A stretch of 64,000 bases of DNA from an uncultured Pseudomonadales bacterium (lineage in GTDB: Bacteria > Patescibacteriota > Microgenomatia > UBA1400 > PJMF01): the NCBI GenBank assembly GCA_964648715.1, contig CAZYNM010000001.1:80040-144039 (forward strand). Direction: 5' to 3'. Shown piece after piece: positions 48,653 to 57,607 of the stretch. Made by a program: the position numbers and the translations under genes. Under the pieces are notes generated by a model, which did not search any database, was not told the DNA's origin, and saw nothing but the letters and a program-made list of their open reading frames with translations. Numbering within the stretch: the first letter of the stretch is position 1; each line of letters opens with the position of its first letter.

Positions 48653-49535
48653 GCACATAACCTAGTTCAGCCAGAATCTCACTGAGCTCTTCTTTCAAAC
48701 CAGGAGTGGTGTGTGCGACCGTGAGGTTGGCTTTGAGCCATCCACCCAAGTAACCACCATCAAGATACTCACCATGGGGCGTGTGAATAACCACATCTTG
48801 CTCTTGCGCCAAGGTGAGTACTGTATCAGTGATGTACAGCTCACCTGATTGAGGGTTGGGTTGCTGCCTGGCAAGAAGTTCAAAAATATGCGGAGTAAAA
48901 ATGTACTTACTAATATTTGCCAGATTTGATGGTGCTGTCCCCGTGGCTGGCTTTTCTATTAAGTTTTTCAAGAAGGTGTGTGTCTCTCTTTTTTCCACTT
49001 CAGCGATACCGTATTTATGGAGTACGTTATCTGGTTTTTCAATACAAGTTGCAAGTCCAGCTGCGCCTGAGCTGGTAAAAGAAGCAATCATACGAGCTGC
49101 TTCAGAACTTCCATCTGCGTTGTACACGAAATCATCGCCCATAAAGACAATAAAAGCATCTTCATCTTGCACATGTTCTTGTGCAAGCTTAACTGGTGTA
49201 GCAGTTCCGTATTGCTCTGCATCTTTTTGTACTACAAAGGTAAAACGTGCTTTTGTGTGCAGTGCTTCAACACTGGGATAGAGCTGCGATTTATGCATAC
49301 GCTCTAGGTAATCTTTGAGACGATCATTCTCAGAATAGAAATGCTTGAGCTGCGTGTTGTGTTCAGAAACGACAAAAATAATTTCCTCGATTCCAGCCAA
49401 AATGCAGTCATTGACTACGTACTCAATGAGTGGACGATTTAGAACTGGTAGCATCTCTTTTTGTATGGTCTTGGTGATGGGTAAGAAACGAGTACCAAAT
49501 CCAGCAGAAGTGATGATCGCTTTTCTGATTTTCAT
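48636..49535 (-). CDS. galU: UTP-glucose-1-phosphate uridylyltransferase-like nucleotidyltransferase
   Basis: KAII..AGFGTRFLPITK..QKEMLP, EKP, GELYITD; start trimmed to ATG 49535. Confidence 0.88.
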   Translation of the reverse strand: MKIRKAIITSAGFGTRFLPITKTIQKEMLPVLNRPLIEYVVNDCILAGIEEIIFVVSEHNTQLKHFYSENDRLKDYLERMHKSQLYPSVEALHTKARFTFVVQKDAEQYGTATPVKLAQEHVQDEDAFIVFMGDDFVYNADGSSEAARMIASFTSSGAAGLATCIEKPDNVLHKYGIAEVEKRETHTFLKNLIEKPATGTAPSNLANISKYIFTPHIFELLARQQPNPQSGELYITDTVLTLAQEQDVVIHTPHGEYLDGGYLGGWLKANLTVAHTTPGLKEELSEILAELGYVPNRQK

Positions 49536-49572
49536 GACCAGTAGTATACGAGATTTATGAGATAATCTCCAT

Positions 49573-50082
49573 ATGAGTGTGAACCGGACTACTAAGAAAT
49601 CAGTGACTTGTTTCCTGCGCTGTGGAGATGAATTTTTGTTTATACATAGGAATAAAAAAGGAAATGATACTGACGCGCATCGCCTTAATGGCGTGGGAGG
49701 AAAACTTGAGTATGGTGAAGATTTCCTTACGGCAGCTGTGCGGGAGGTTAAAGAAGAGACGGGGTACACGGTGAGTCCAGCGGAATGCCGCTTGAGAGCA
49801 GTGGTCAATATGCAGGGTGGATATGCAGATGATTGGGTGATGTGTTTCTTTGTTATTATTGTTACTTCTAAAGAAGTGCCTGCAGGTATGGAGAATGAAG
49901 AAGGTTCTCTTGTGTGGCTACATACAGATACTGTCCTTAAGTGTGACTATGAGTTGGTAGATGATCTCAATTACTGTTGGCATGACCTTGCCAACGGCAC
50001 AGAACTACTTTTTATGGGAGCTGTTGTGGATGAGCATGAGAAGATTGCTCGGTTGAACGTGATGAAGCAGAAGGCTTTCTAG
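49573..50082 (+). CDS. NUDIX hydrolase (MutT/MTH1-like)
   Basis: GGKLEYGEDFLTAAVREVKEETG Nudix box. Confidence 0.9.
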   Translation: MSVNRTTKKSVTCFLRCGDEFLFIHRNKKGNDTDAHRLNGVGGKLEYGEDFLTAAVREVKEETGYTVSPAECRLRAVVNMQGGYADDWVMCFFVIIVTSKEVPAGMENEEGSLVWLHTDTVLKCDYELVDDLNYCWHDLANGTELLFMGAVVDEHEKIARLNVMKQKAF

Positions 50083-52135
50083 GTCGTCGTTTCATTTTTG
50101 TGCTCACATGTAATAATTCAGCTCCTTTATAGAGCAAAATTGCGTTAAAAAACTCTTGAGAATCTGCTAAGGTTGCCGTGGGTAGTGTTGTGTATGCATC
50201 GCTACGTTGATCATAGCTTACTATAAGTCCCTGACCAATGCTCTCAGCAGGAGAAATATGCTTACTAGGACCAGTCGCAACTTCGGTTGCAGTGTAGCCC
50301 GATGCTATGAAATCAACTGCACCCTTGCTGGATGGTATTGAGCTAATACCTACCTGGTGAGTATTGGAGGCAGACACCACTGCATGTGGTCTATCACGGC
50401 CCAACATGCGCTGTTCAATGGTCATCAGACCTTTGGTCGGTTTACCTGAGGCTGTAAACTGCATCGGTTTATCAACGAGTCTAACCTGTAATGGAGTAGT
50501 GGGTGAAACGTACAGTTCAAGCTCAGCCAACTGATTAACCAGCGGTATAGCAAGGAGTTCTGAAAGGTAGGTTCCGGGAGCTATTGGTTGGAGATGCTCC
50601 TCTTCACCGAGTGTACGCTTCCAGGAATCTTGTCGTAAGGTTTCTGAAAGCATCAGTGCTAATCCTTGATTAGATACAGATACAATATGTTGAACAAAGG
50701 TATCCAGATGTTCTTTGCGATTTTGCTCTTTACCCAACCCAGCATCAAGTAGGTTGCGTAAGAGAACAAAGTAAGCGTGAGGATTGCCTGCAATTACATT
50801 GTTGAAAAAGCTATAAAAAGCATCTTCATTTTCTGCTGCACTGCCAATTCGCGCATTGCCGATTGGATAGAGAATAAAGGGTAGTTCTGTCTTGAGATCA
50901 TAGGCCAGTGTTCTGTATGGTTGGACGTACTTTTTATCCGCACCAAGAATACCAGTGAATAATCGTTCTTCTTCTGAACTGAGTTGTCTTGATCGTGACT
51001 GCTTGAGGTACGCTGAAGGGCGTTTCTCACGATCGTTAATAAGTCTCAATAGCTCACGCGTGTTTCCAGCAGCAGCCACAGAGTCGCGAAAATTAAGACT
51101 GTTGTATAAAAGGTCACCGCGCGCATGAGAGATAATGGGTACTAGGTTGGGTTTTGCTGCAGATTTAGTACCAGGGATAAGAAGAATGGATTGGTCAAGA
51201 ACTCCTGCTGAGCCAAACGTACCTTTAACACCGTACAGGTCTTTAACACCACTCGCTTCGGTGCCTTTTACCGTTCCCGCTTGCACCAGTGTGAATCGTG
51301 TATTTTGATCAACAATTTCTTCGCCAGTAGCAACATAGTGGAAGTGACCAGCAACTACAGCGTCAGGAGGGTTACCAGCTCGTAATGCTTGCATGGCATT
51401 CTCACGAACTCCATGTAGTGGATCAACCTTGTTCCTCCCTTTGGGATTATGAAGAATTTGAAGTGCAACAGCTTCCCTATCAGGCGTTTTAATTTCTAAA
51501 ATGCCACCGTTTTCAATAATTGGCACATATTGTTGAATAGCGGCAGCCTCACGATATATGTCGCCAGTTTTTTTCTGTTTCTGCTGCATAAAACCCAGTA
51601 CATCTTGCATATCGACAGCTGTGAGAATCTCCTGCATGTTCAGTGTTGTGTCATCTGCGTGCCACTCAACGTGTGCCCAGTATGTACCTACCATTGTAAG
51701 TATCTTGTGTTTCATGAGGAGAGGAGCCAATACGAGCAACTTAAAAAAATCTATTTGTGCACGTAAGTTAAGAGAGGTCTCTCCTAGGCTCGTATTAAAG
51801 TGTTTAGCACTGTAACCTTCTATCTCATCTCCAGTGAGGATGACATACATGTCTGGGTTAGCAAGAATCTCTCTAAGAAGCTCTTTTATATGCAAGAGGT
51901 CTACAGCACGGTGCCCCAGATGTAAATCGGAGAGGGGAATAATTCTGAGCGGACGTTCCGGGGCTGATCGTGCAATTTCAACGCGGACGAGGCTTTTGTT
52001 TTGTGTTCCTCTAGCATACTCATGCTGTAAGGTATGTATTTGCTCTAATATTTGTAATCTACGAACAGGGTCTATATCGGCAGGAACAACGTTGGTTACA
52101 GCAAGTGATCTGGCTTCTGCGTTTGTGCGTGCCAT
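50012..52135 (-). CDS. Tandem calcineurin-like metallophosphoesterase (one intact, one degenerate domain)
   Basis: SDLHLG, GDEIE, H, GHFH in domain 1; NARIG, RNLLD, SNTH in domain 2. Start taken at ATG 52135, downstream of TTGACG-17-TAGGTT. Confidence 0.72.
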   Translation of the reverse strand: MARTNAEARSLAVTNVVPADIDPVRRLQILEQIHTLQHEYARGTQNKSLVRVEIARSAPERPLRIIPLSDLHLGHRAVDLLHIKELLREILANPDMYVILTGDEIEGYSAKHFNTSLGETSLNLRAQIDFFKLLVLAPLLMKHKILTMVGTYWAHVEWHADDTTLNMQEILTAVDMQDVLGFMQQKQKKTGDIYREAAAIQQYVPIIENGGILEIKTPDREAVALQILHNPKGRNKVDPLHGVRENAMQALRAGNPPDAVVAGHFHYVATGEEIVDQNTRFTLVQAGTVKGTEASGVKDLYGVKGTFGSAGVLDQSILLIPGTKSAAKPNLVPIISHARGDLLYNSLNFRDSVAAAGNTRELLRLINDREKRPSAYLKQSRSRQLSSEEERLFTGILGADKKYVQPYRTLAYDLKTELPFILYPIGNARIGSAAENEDAFYSFFNNVIAGNPHAYFVLLRNLLDAGLGKEQNRKEHLDTFVQHIVSVSNQGLALMLSETLRQDSWKRTLGEEEHLQPIAPGTYLSELLAIPLVNQLAELELYVSPTTPLQVRLVDKPMQFTASGKPTKGLMTIEQRMLGRDRPHAVVSASNTHQVGISSIPSSKGAVDFIASGYTATEVATGPSKHISPAESIGQGLIVSYDQRSDAYTTLPTATLADSQEFFNAILLYKGAELLHVSTKMKRRPRKPSASSRSTEQSSHAHPQQLP

Positions 52136-52233
52136 GCGGGGTTTCTCTAGGGCAAGTATGAGTGATACCTCTACTAACCTACTCCTCGGGTTGGGTTTCG
52201 TCAATGCATAGGTAGTGTGCGATAATACCTCAT

Positions 52234-53187
52234 ATGCAGCAAGGTGGCTTTCCAGTTGAGTTTGTGGCACGAATACATGAGCTTTTCCCTGTGCGTGCGT
52301 CAGAGATACTGAGAGCATTAGAGACTGGCCGACCTACCACATTTCGTGTTAACACACTCAAGATTCGTAGAGAAGAAGCACTGCATACGCTACATCAAGC
52401 AGGTTTTGAGTGTGAGTCTGGTGAACTAGACAATGCATTCATTTTAAAAAACAAAACCATCCGTGAACTAGAAGAACAGTCACTCTACCAACAAGGTGCG
52501 TTATATGTACAAGGTCTTTCAAGTATGATCCCCCCACTGTTGCTTGATCCTAAACCTGGAGAGTCTGTGCTTGATTGTGCAGCAGCTCCAGGGAGCAAAA
52601 CGACTCAAATGGCTGCGCTCATGAAAAATGAAGGTATGATTCTTGCCAACGACACGAGTAGAGTGCGTCTCTACAAGTTGAAAGCAAACTTGGAAAAATT
52701 GGGGGTGAGCAACGTTCAGATACGGCACGGCCTCGCACAGCACATATGGAGAGACTTCCCCGAGGTGTTTGATAAAGTACTTGTTGATGTCCCCTGTAGT
52801 ATGGAGGGAAGAATACGCGCTGATAGACCACAAACCTATGAAGAGTGGTCTGTAAGAAAGATCAAGGATCTAGCAGAAAGACAAAAATTCATGTTGTTGT
52901 CGGCTTGCTCAGCGGCACGTGTAGGAGCTCGAATCGTGTACTCAACATGTACTATGGCGCCAGAAGAAAACGAAGGTGTAGTAGCATGGCTACTCAAAAA
53001 AACGAAGGGAGCTGTGTCACTTGAGTCTCCGAGCCCGATATGTACAGAATGGTCCTCTGGCATAGTGGAATGGCAAGGTACGCAGTATCCCCCAGAGCTG
53101 GCTCAGACAGTGCGCATCATGCCAGACTCAAGGTATGAAGGTTTCTACGTTGCTGTGCTTCGTAAAGACAGAACACTAATGAAATAG
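52234..53187 (+). CDS. RsmB/NOP (RsmF-like) RNA cytosine-C5 methyltransferase
   Basis: RVNTLK, LDCAAAPGSKT, DVPCS.EG, YSTCT..PEENE. Confidence 0.92.
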   Translation: MQQGGFPVEFVARIHELFPVRASEILRALETGRPTTFRVNTLKIRREEALHTLHQAGFECESGELDNAFILKNKTIRELEEQSLYQQGALYVQGLSSMIPPLLLDPKPGESVLDCAAAPGSKTTQMAALMKNEGMILANDTSRVRLYKLKANLEKLGVSNVQIRHGLAQHIWRDFPEVFDKVLVDVPCSMEGRIRADRPQTYEEWSVRKIKDLAERQKFMLLSACSAARVGARIVYSTCTMAPEENEGVVAWLLKKTKGAVSLESPSPICTEWSSGIVEWQGTQYPPELAQTVRIMPDSRYEGFYVAVLRKDRTLMK

Positions 53188-53207
53188 CACGTTTGTGTCT
53201 ACCGTTT

Positions 53208-54248
53208 TTATGTTTCTTTGGCAAACCGTAAACTAATAAATATACAAATGCACCAGGCTACAAACGCCTGTGCTAGGACGCTGTACGGCACATCAGCTCG
53301 AACAAAACCAAAGAGTATTCGCAAAAGTATGGTGTGAGACAAAAACAACAGATAGGAATGTCTCCCAAGCCAGCCAGTGAGTGACTGTATAACCGAGGGA
53401 AGATGGTGCCAATATCTGCTTTGTGTGAATAAGATAAGTGTCACACAAATAGGGAGTGTCCAAGTTATCACTGAAACGCGAGTAAATTTGAGCGCAAACA
53501 ATGGGTCAACGCCACTTGCCACCGCATGAGTCGCTGTAATACTTGTGTACGTAAGACCAGCCAGCGCCACCATTGGAAATGCATATTTAAGAGCAGCTGG
53601 TACACCTCGTGCGGCAAGCCACATGCCTACTACAAAATACATACTCCAAGAGATACAGATAACATATTGTCCATGATCTGTAGTGAAGAGAGGGAAGAAG
53701 TGCAGATACGAAGGCGTCCCATACAAGGTAAGAGCAAATAACTGAAGTAGGGTGCTGACCGTAAGCACTAGAAGTGGAGATTTTTTAAAAAATATACGAA
53801 GAATAGGGAATAGCAAGTACATCTGGAAAATCAACGGCATAAAATATAGCTGATAATCGGCAGTCCCATACACAAGGAAAGAAAGGACACTAGGAATGGG
53901 ATGGGTAAAGCTTTGCCACTCGGGAATAGTGAGACTTATGCTGAGCGAAAACAAGCTCCAAATAAGGAACAGAGGAACAAGCTTGAGAATGCGCCGCTCA
54001 TAGAACTTTGACACGATTAGTTGTTCGTTCTCATACTTTTTGGTTAAACTGAACCCCGATAGCATAATGAAAAGTGGTACAGAAAAACGCATGACTTGAT
54101 CAAAAAAAATAAAAAAAGAACCTGTTTCTAGTCGTGTATAGGCATGATTAAGTTGCGCAAAAAAGTGAATGCCAATAACTGCAAGGATGGCGCAGCCGCG
54201 CAAAAAAACTTGTGACTCATGGGCTAGCTGCACTTCACGTATCTGCAT
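53208..54248 (-). CDS. Acyltransferase family 3
   Basis: LRG.AIL.VI.IH, FSVPLF.MLSG, YQLYF motifs. Confidence 0.85.
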   Translation of the reverse strand: MQIREVQLAHESQVFLRGCAILAVIGIHFFAQLNHAYTRLETGSFFIFFDQVMRFSVPLFIMLSGFSLTKKYENEQLIVSKFYERRILKLVPLFLIWSLFSLSISLTIPEWQSFTHPIPSVLSFLVYGTADYQLYFMPLIFQMYLLFPILRIFFKKSPLLVLTVSTLLQLFALTLYGTPSYLHFFPLFTTDHGQYVICISWSMYFVVGMWLAARGVPAALKYAFPMVALAGLTYTSITATHAVASGVDPLFALKFTRVSVITWTLPICVTLILFTQSRYWHHLPSVIQSLTGWLGRHSYLLFLSHTILLRILFGFVRADVPYSVLAQAFVAWCICIFISLRFAKET

Positions 54249-54260
54249 GTCGCGTAAGTT

Positions 54261-55040
54261 CTAATTAAATCTTCCTAAACCCAAAGAGCGACTAGCGTCA
54301 AAGCTCTTTTTGAACCACACAAGAGAAAGCACAAGGTAAAGTGCATTGAGTACAAAGCTAATACCAATACTCGTCCATGAAAAGCTACCAATTGTAAGCT
54401 GTGATCTCAGGGCTTCAAAAATGTACGTAGTTGGAAGTGCCAAGGATACGGGCTGCAAAGAAGTGGGAAGTAGTGAGAGGGGGAAGAAGACCGCGCTAAA
54501 GGGTAAGAGGATTCCTGGAAGTGTCCACACCACAGTTTGTACTTTAGGTCCAAATCGAACAACCACACCTGCTGATATAAAACCAACCCACCATCCCGTC
54601 ACTACAAGTGAAACGAAAAAAGGAATGAGACTCCACCCCACACTAAAGACATTGACCGTGTATAAACCATAAATAATCGGCACAATCACAATGACTGTTA
54701 TAAGCATTTTAAGAACAGATAAAATGAGCGCTCCAGCTATCCATTCGGTGAGTGAAATAGGTGTAGAAAACAAATTAACCAGGTTGTTGTTCCATATTTC
54801 CTCAATTAAGTTTCTAGATACTTCACTTTGAGAGCGCCAGATGACATTCCAAAAAATAAGTCCAATCAATATTGCTGCCATGACGGTCGTGGTATTGCCA
54901 GAGCTACTGAGCCATTGGCTTGTAATCCCCCATAAAAGTACGTCAATGATAGGCCAGTAAATCATGTCGCTCAAGAGGTCAAAGTCACGGCGAAGTGGAT
55001 ACAAATGTCGAAGGCAGAGGGCGTATATACGTTGTTTCAT
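54261..55040 (-). CDS. ABC-2 transporter permease
   Basis: 6 TMs, EEIW..NL..LF.TP, FFP...LP motifs. Confidence 0.87.
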   Translation of the reverse strand: MKQRIYALCLRHLYPLRRDFDLLSDMIYWPIIDVLLWGITSQWLSSSGNTTTVMAAILIGLIFWNVIWRSQSEVSRNLIEEIWNNNLVNLFSTPISLTEWIAGALILSVLKMLITVIVIVPIIYGLYTVNVFSVGWSLIPFFVSLVVTGWWVGFISAGVVVRFGPKVQTVVWTLPGILLPFSAVFFPLSLLPTSLQPVSLALPTTYIFEALRSQLTIGSFSWTSIGISFVLNALYLVLSLVWFKKSFDASRSLGLGRFN

Positions 55041-55043
55041 AGT

Positions 55044-55979
55044 TTATTTTTTCGCATGTTTTAAGAAGTAATCTTCAAGAGTTGGTTTGGCAATAGATAT
55101 TTGTGTATATTCAATATTTTCGGTAGAGAGTTGTTGTAAGAACGTTGCAATTTGATGCTCATCAAGCTCAATTTCTATCTCACGTCCTTCAATGTGTGCG
55201 TTTAAATTCTTTTCTTTGGCAAAGCGTTCTGTTCGTTTAAGACCATCTTTTACCTGTAGTCTCATGTGTGCGACAGATACCGATGCGGCAAGGTTCTCTG
55301 GAGTATCAGTTGCTATGATGGTCCCTTTTTTCAAAAAAATAACACGATCACATACTTCAGTGACTTCATCCATATTATGTGAAGTATAAATGATACTCGT
55401 ATTGTAGGTTTGTTGTTGAGCCAATACAAACTGGCGCACTTCGTGTGCAATGTCTGGATCCAAAGATGCCGTAGGTTCATCAAGAAGGACAATGCGCGGA
55501 TAGGGAATAAATGCTTTTGCCAACATAACACGAGTTATTTGGCCCGCAGAAAGCTGAGCCATTGTCTTGTCACGTTGATTCCATACACCGAAAAATGTGA
55601 GGAATTTTTTGGCTCGTTCATAAAACTCTGTGTATGGTAGCCCATAGAGATAACCATACACAGTTAGATTTTCAAGAACAGTTAGACGCCAGGGCATCTT
55701 GATATAGGTGCTCGCAAATGTGACCTGTTGTAGTATCTCAGTACGGTGAGTGGCAAAATTATGTTCTCCATACCAGATATCACCAGAGCTAGGGGTTAAC
55801 ACTCCTAGGAGCATTGATATTGTGGTGGATTTACCCGCACCATTTGGCCCTAATAGACCGAGAATCTCACCATCGTGCAACTCAAACGATACATCGCTGA
55901 CTGCATGAAATGGCCTCCCCCCTTTCTTTTCTGGAGGATAGGTCTTACATAAATGGTTGACGGTAAGTACATTTGACAC
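55044..55979 (-). CDS. ABC transporter ATP-binding protein
   Basis: GPNGAGKST, LSAGQ, LLDEPT, SH motifs. Confidence 0.93.
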   Translation of the reverse strand: MSNVLTVNHLCKTYPPEKKGGRPFHAVSDVSFELHDGEILGLLGPNGAGKSTTISMLLGVLTPSSGDIWYGEHNFATHRTEILQQVTFASTYIKMPWRLTVLENLTVYGYLYGLPYTEFYERAKKFLTFFGVWNQRDKTMAQLSAGQITRVMLAKAFIPYPRIVLLDEPTASLDPDIAHEVRQFVLAQQQTYNTSIIYTSHNMDEVTEVCDRVIFLKKGTIIATDTPENLAASVSVAHMRLQVKDGLKRTERFAKEKNLNAHIEGREIEIELDEHQIATFLQQLSTENIEYTQISIAKPTLEDYFLKHAKK

Positions 55980-56249
55980 CCAGGTAGTATACCAGAGTGA
56001 AGAGCCAATTTTTACTTTTCTTTTTGGCGTGGGACGAACAAATATGTATCCAAAAGTGTGGAGATATCTTGAGAGTATTTGAGTGCTTGCCTTCTTTGAG
56101 TGAGTCCTTCATCAAAGTTGCGTGCTGCATATGCATCTGCAACTGAGTGCATTCTCTGACATCTCTTATCTGCCTACCTCTTTTGTCAGTTTCGTGTCCG
56201 CATTATCGCCGCTAGTTGTGACGTATCTGAAAGTAGGTATACTAACTGC

Positions 56250-56828
56250 ATGAAACTCTACGTAGCTCTCCTAAGAGGTATAAATGTTGGCGGTGCTAAT
56301 ACAGTCAACATGAAAGAGTTAAAAACATGTTTTGAAGCTCAAGGCTATGGTCATGTAGAAACATATATCAATACTGGGAACATTATTTTTTCCACAGATG
56401 TGCATTCTCTAGAACTACTCACCAAGGATATTGAAAAAGCCTTGCACGCTACTTTTGGTTTTCCCATCAAGACGCTTGTAAAGCCTGTAGAAGTGTTTGA
56501 GGCTATCCTGCGTGCAGTCCCCGCAACTTGGACAAATGATACTGAACAAAAAACTGATGTTCTTTTTTTATGGAAGGACTATGCAGAAGAAAGCTCACTT
56601 AAACTATTAAAGCTTAAACCGGCAGTTGATGAAGTACTCTATATTGAGGAGACTCTTGTGTGGCACATCTGCCGTAAGGATTATGCAAAATCTGGTATGC
56701 ATTCATTCATTGGGACAGAACTATATAAGAACATGACTGCACGTAATATAAATACTGTCAGGGCACTAGCTGTCAGAATAAAACAATGCACCACGCAAGC
56801 GGGCAGCAGTGTGCTGCCCGCTGACTGA
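56250..56828 (+). CDS. DUF1697 family protein
   Basis: YVALLRGINVGG, TYI..GN, T.RN.NT. Confidence 0.88.
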   Translation: MKLYVALLRGINVGGANTVNMKELKTCFEAQGYGHVETYINTGNIIFSTDVHSLELLTKDIEKALHATFGFPIKTLVKPVEVFEAILRAVPATWTNDTEQKTDVLFLWKDYAEESSLKLLKLKPAVDEVLYIEETLVWHICRKDYAKSGMHSFIGTELYKNMTARNINTVRALAVRIKQCTTQAGSSVLPAD

Positions 56829-56843
56829 AGTTCAAACAGACTA

Positions 56844-56996
56844 TTAAGCTTGTTTATCCCTTTGAACCGTCTCAAAAGTACCCTGATTTCGAGGATCTCC
56901 TCCACTCGCGTTGCCGGTGCTAGGACGTCCCTCTTCGGAGCCCGAGCCAGTTCCTTTATCTGTGGTGCCGCCACCTTGGTTTTGTGAGTTTGTCAT
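56844..56996 (-). CDS. Unannotated 50-aa Gly/Ser/Thr-rich hydrophilic peptide
   Basis: Perfect SD AAGGAGG before ATG 56996; MTNSQNQGGGTTDKGTGSGSEEGRPSTGNASGGDPRNQGTFETVQRDKQA. Confidence 0.7.
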   Translation of the reverse strand: MTNSQNQGGGTTDKGTGSGSEEGRPSTGNASGGDPRNQGTFETVQRDKQA

Positions 56997-57073
56997 AAAA
57001 AACCTCCTTTAAGATTTTTGTTATTACTAGTAGTGAGTTTATTTGTTCTGTACTAAGATTCCGGTATGATGTG

Positions 57074-57090
57074 GTAAGAGCTCAGTAAGA
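57074..57090 (-). promoter_or_regulatory. Direct-repeat box TCTTAC-N5-TCTTAC
   Basis: 32 nt upstream of -10 TAAACT (57036-57041). Confidence 0.65.
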
Positions 57091-57095
57091 GATTG

Positions 57096-57518
57096 CTACT
57101 GAATAGGTACCTCAGTTGGAGCTGTACCTATTTCTTGAATGAGTGTCTTTTTGTTACCAGCTGCTTCTTCTAGGCTCACGTGTGCTTGTTTCATTTCAAT
57201 GAGACCAGTTACGATTTGCTTAATCTTGATTGCATCTTGTTTGCTGAGACGATGAACAGCTGGCGGATTTTTAGTAAAGCCCTTTATTTCAAAGTGTACT
57301 GAGCCAAAAAAAATGTTTGTGCTAACTACCACATTGATGATATCTTGTATAAGTATCGAGACGCTTTGATTAGCAAAGAAAAAAATTCCATAGATAATTT
57401 CTACACGTGTTTCAGATATCTCAATCTTTGAAGGGAACAGTGTGAAAGGAAACAGTGTATAACAGCTAAACAAGAGGGTATTACTCTCATTCAATAACGC
57501 TTGAATACTCTTTGCCAT
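57096..57518 (-). CDS. Hypothetical protein, bacterial PH-like domain
   Basis: FPF.LFP, I...RV, I.DI..V, FG pattern; AAGGAG SD. Confidence 0.7.
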   Translation of the reverse strand: MAKSIQALLNESNTLLFSCYTLFPFTLFPSKIEISETRVEIIYGIFFFANQSVSILIQDIINVVVSTNIFFGSVHFEIKGFTKNPPAVHRLSKQDAIKIKQIVTGLIEMKQAHVSLEEAAGNKKTLIQEIGTAPTEVPIQ

Positions 57519-57586
57519 ATTCTCCTTGTACTGTTGCTTTTACTTCCTACTCTACACTGACAACATGTAATAAAGGAGAAAAATGG

Positions 57587-57603
57587 GTAAGAAAGTGGTA
57601 ATA
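57587..57603 (-). promoter_or_regulatory. Direct-repeat box TATTAC-N5-TCTTAC
   Basis: 32 nt upstream of -10 TAGAGT (57549-57554). Confidence 0.62.
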
Positions 57604-57607
57604 GAAA

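Noticed and set aside
56013-56153. Short minus-strand frame MHSVADAYAARNFDEG... resembling an HD-type C-terminal remnant
   Set aside because: Too short, no clear start signals, similarity not convincing.
56681-56974. 97-aa minus-strand ORF in the track
   Set aside because: Overlaps DUF1697; the alternative frame with a perfect SD (56844-56996) is better supported.
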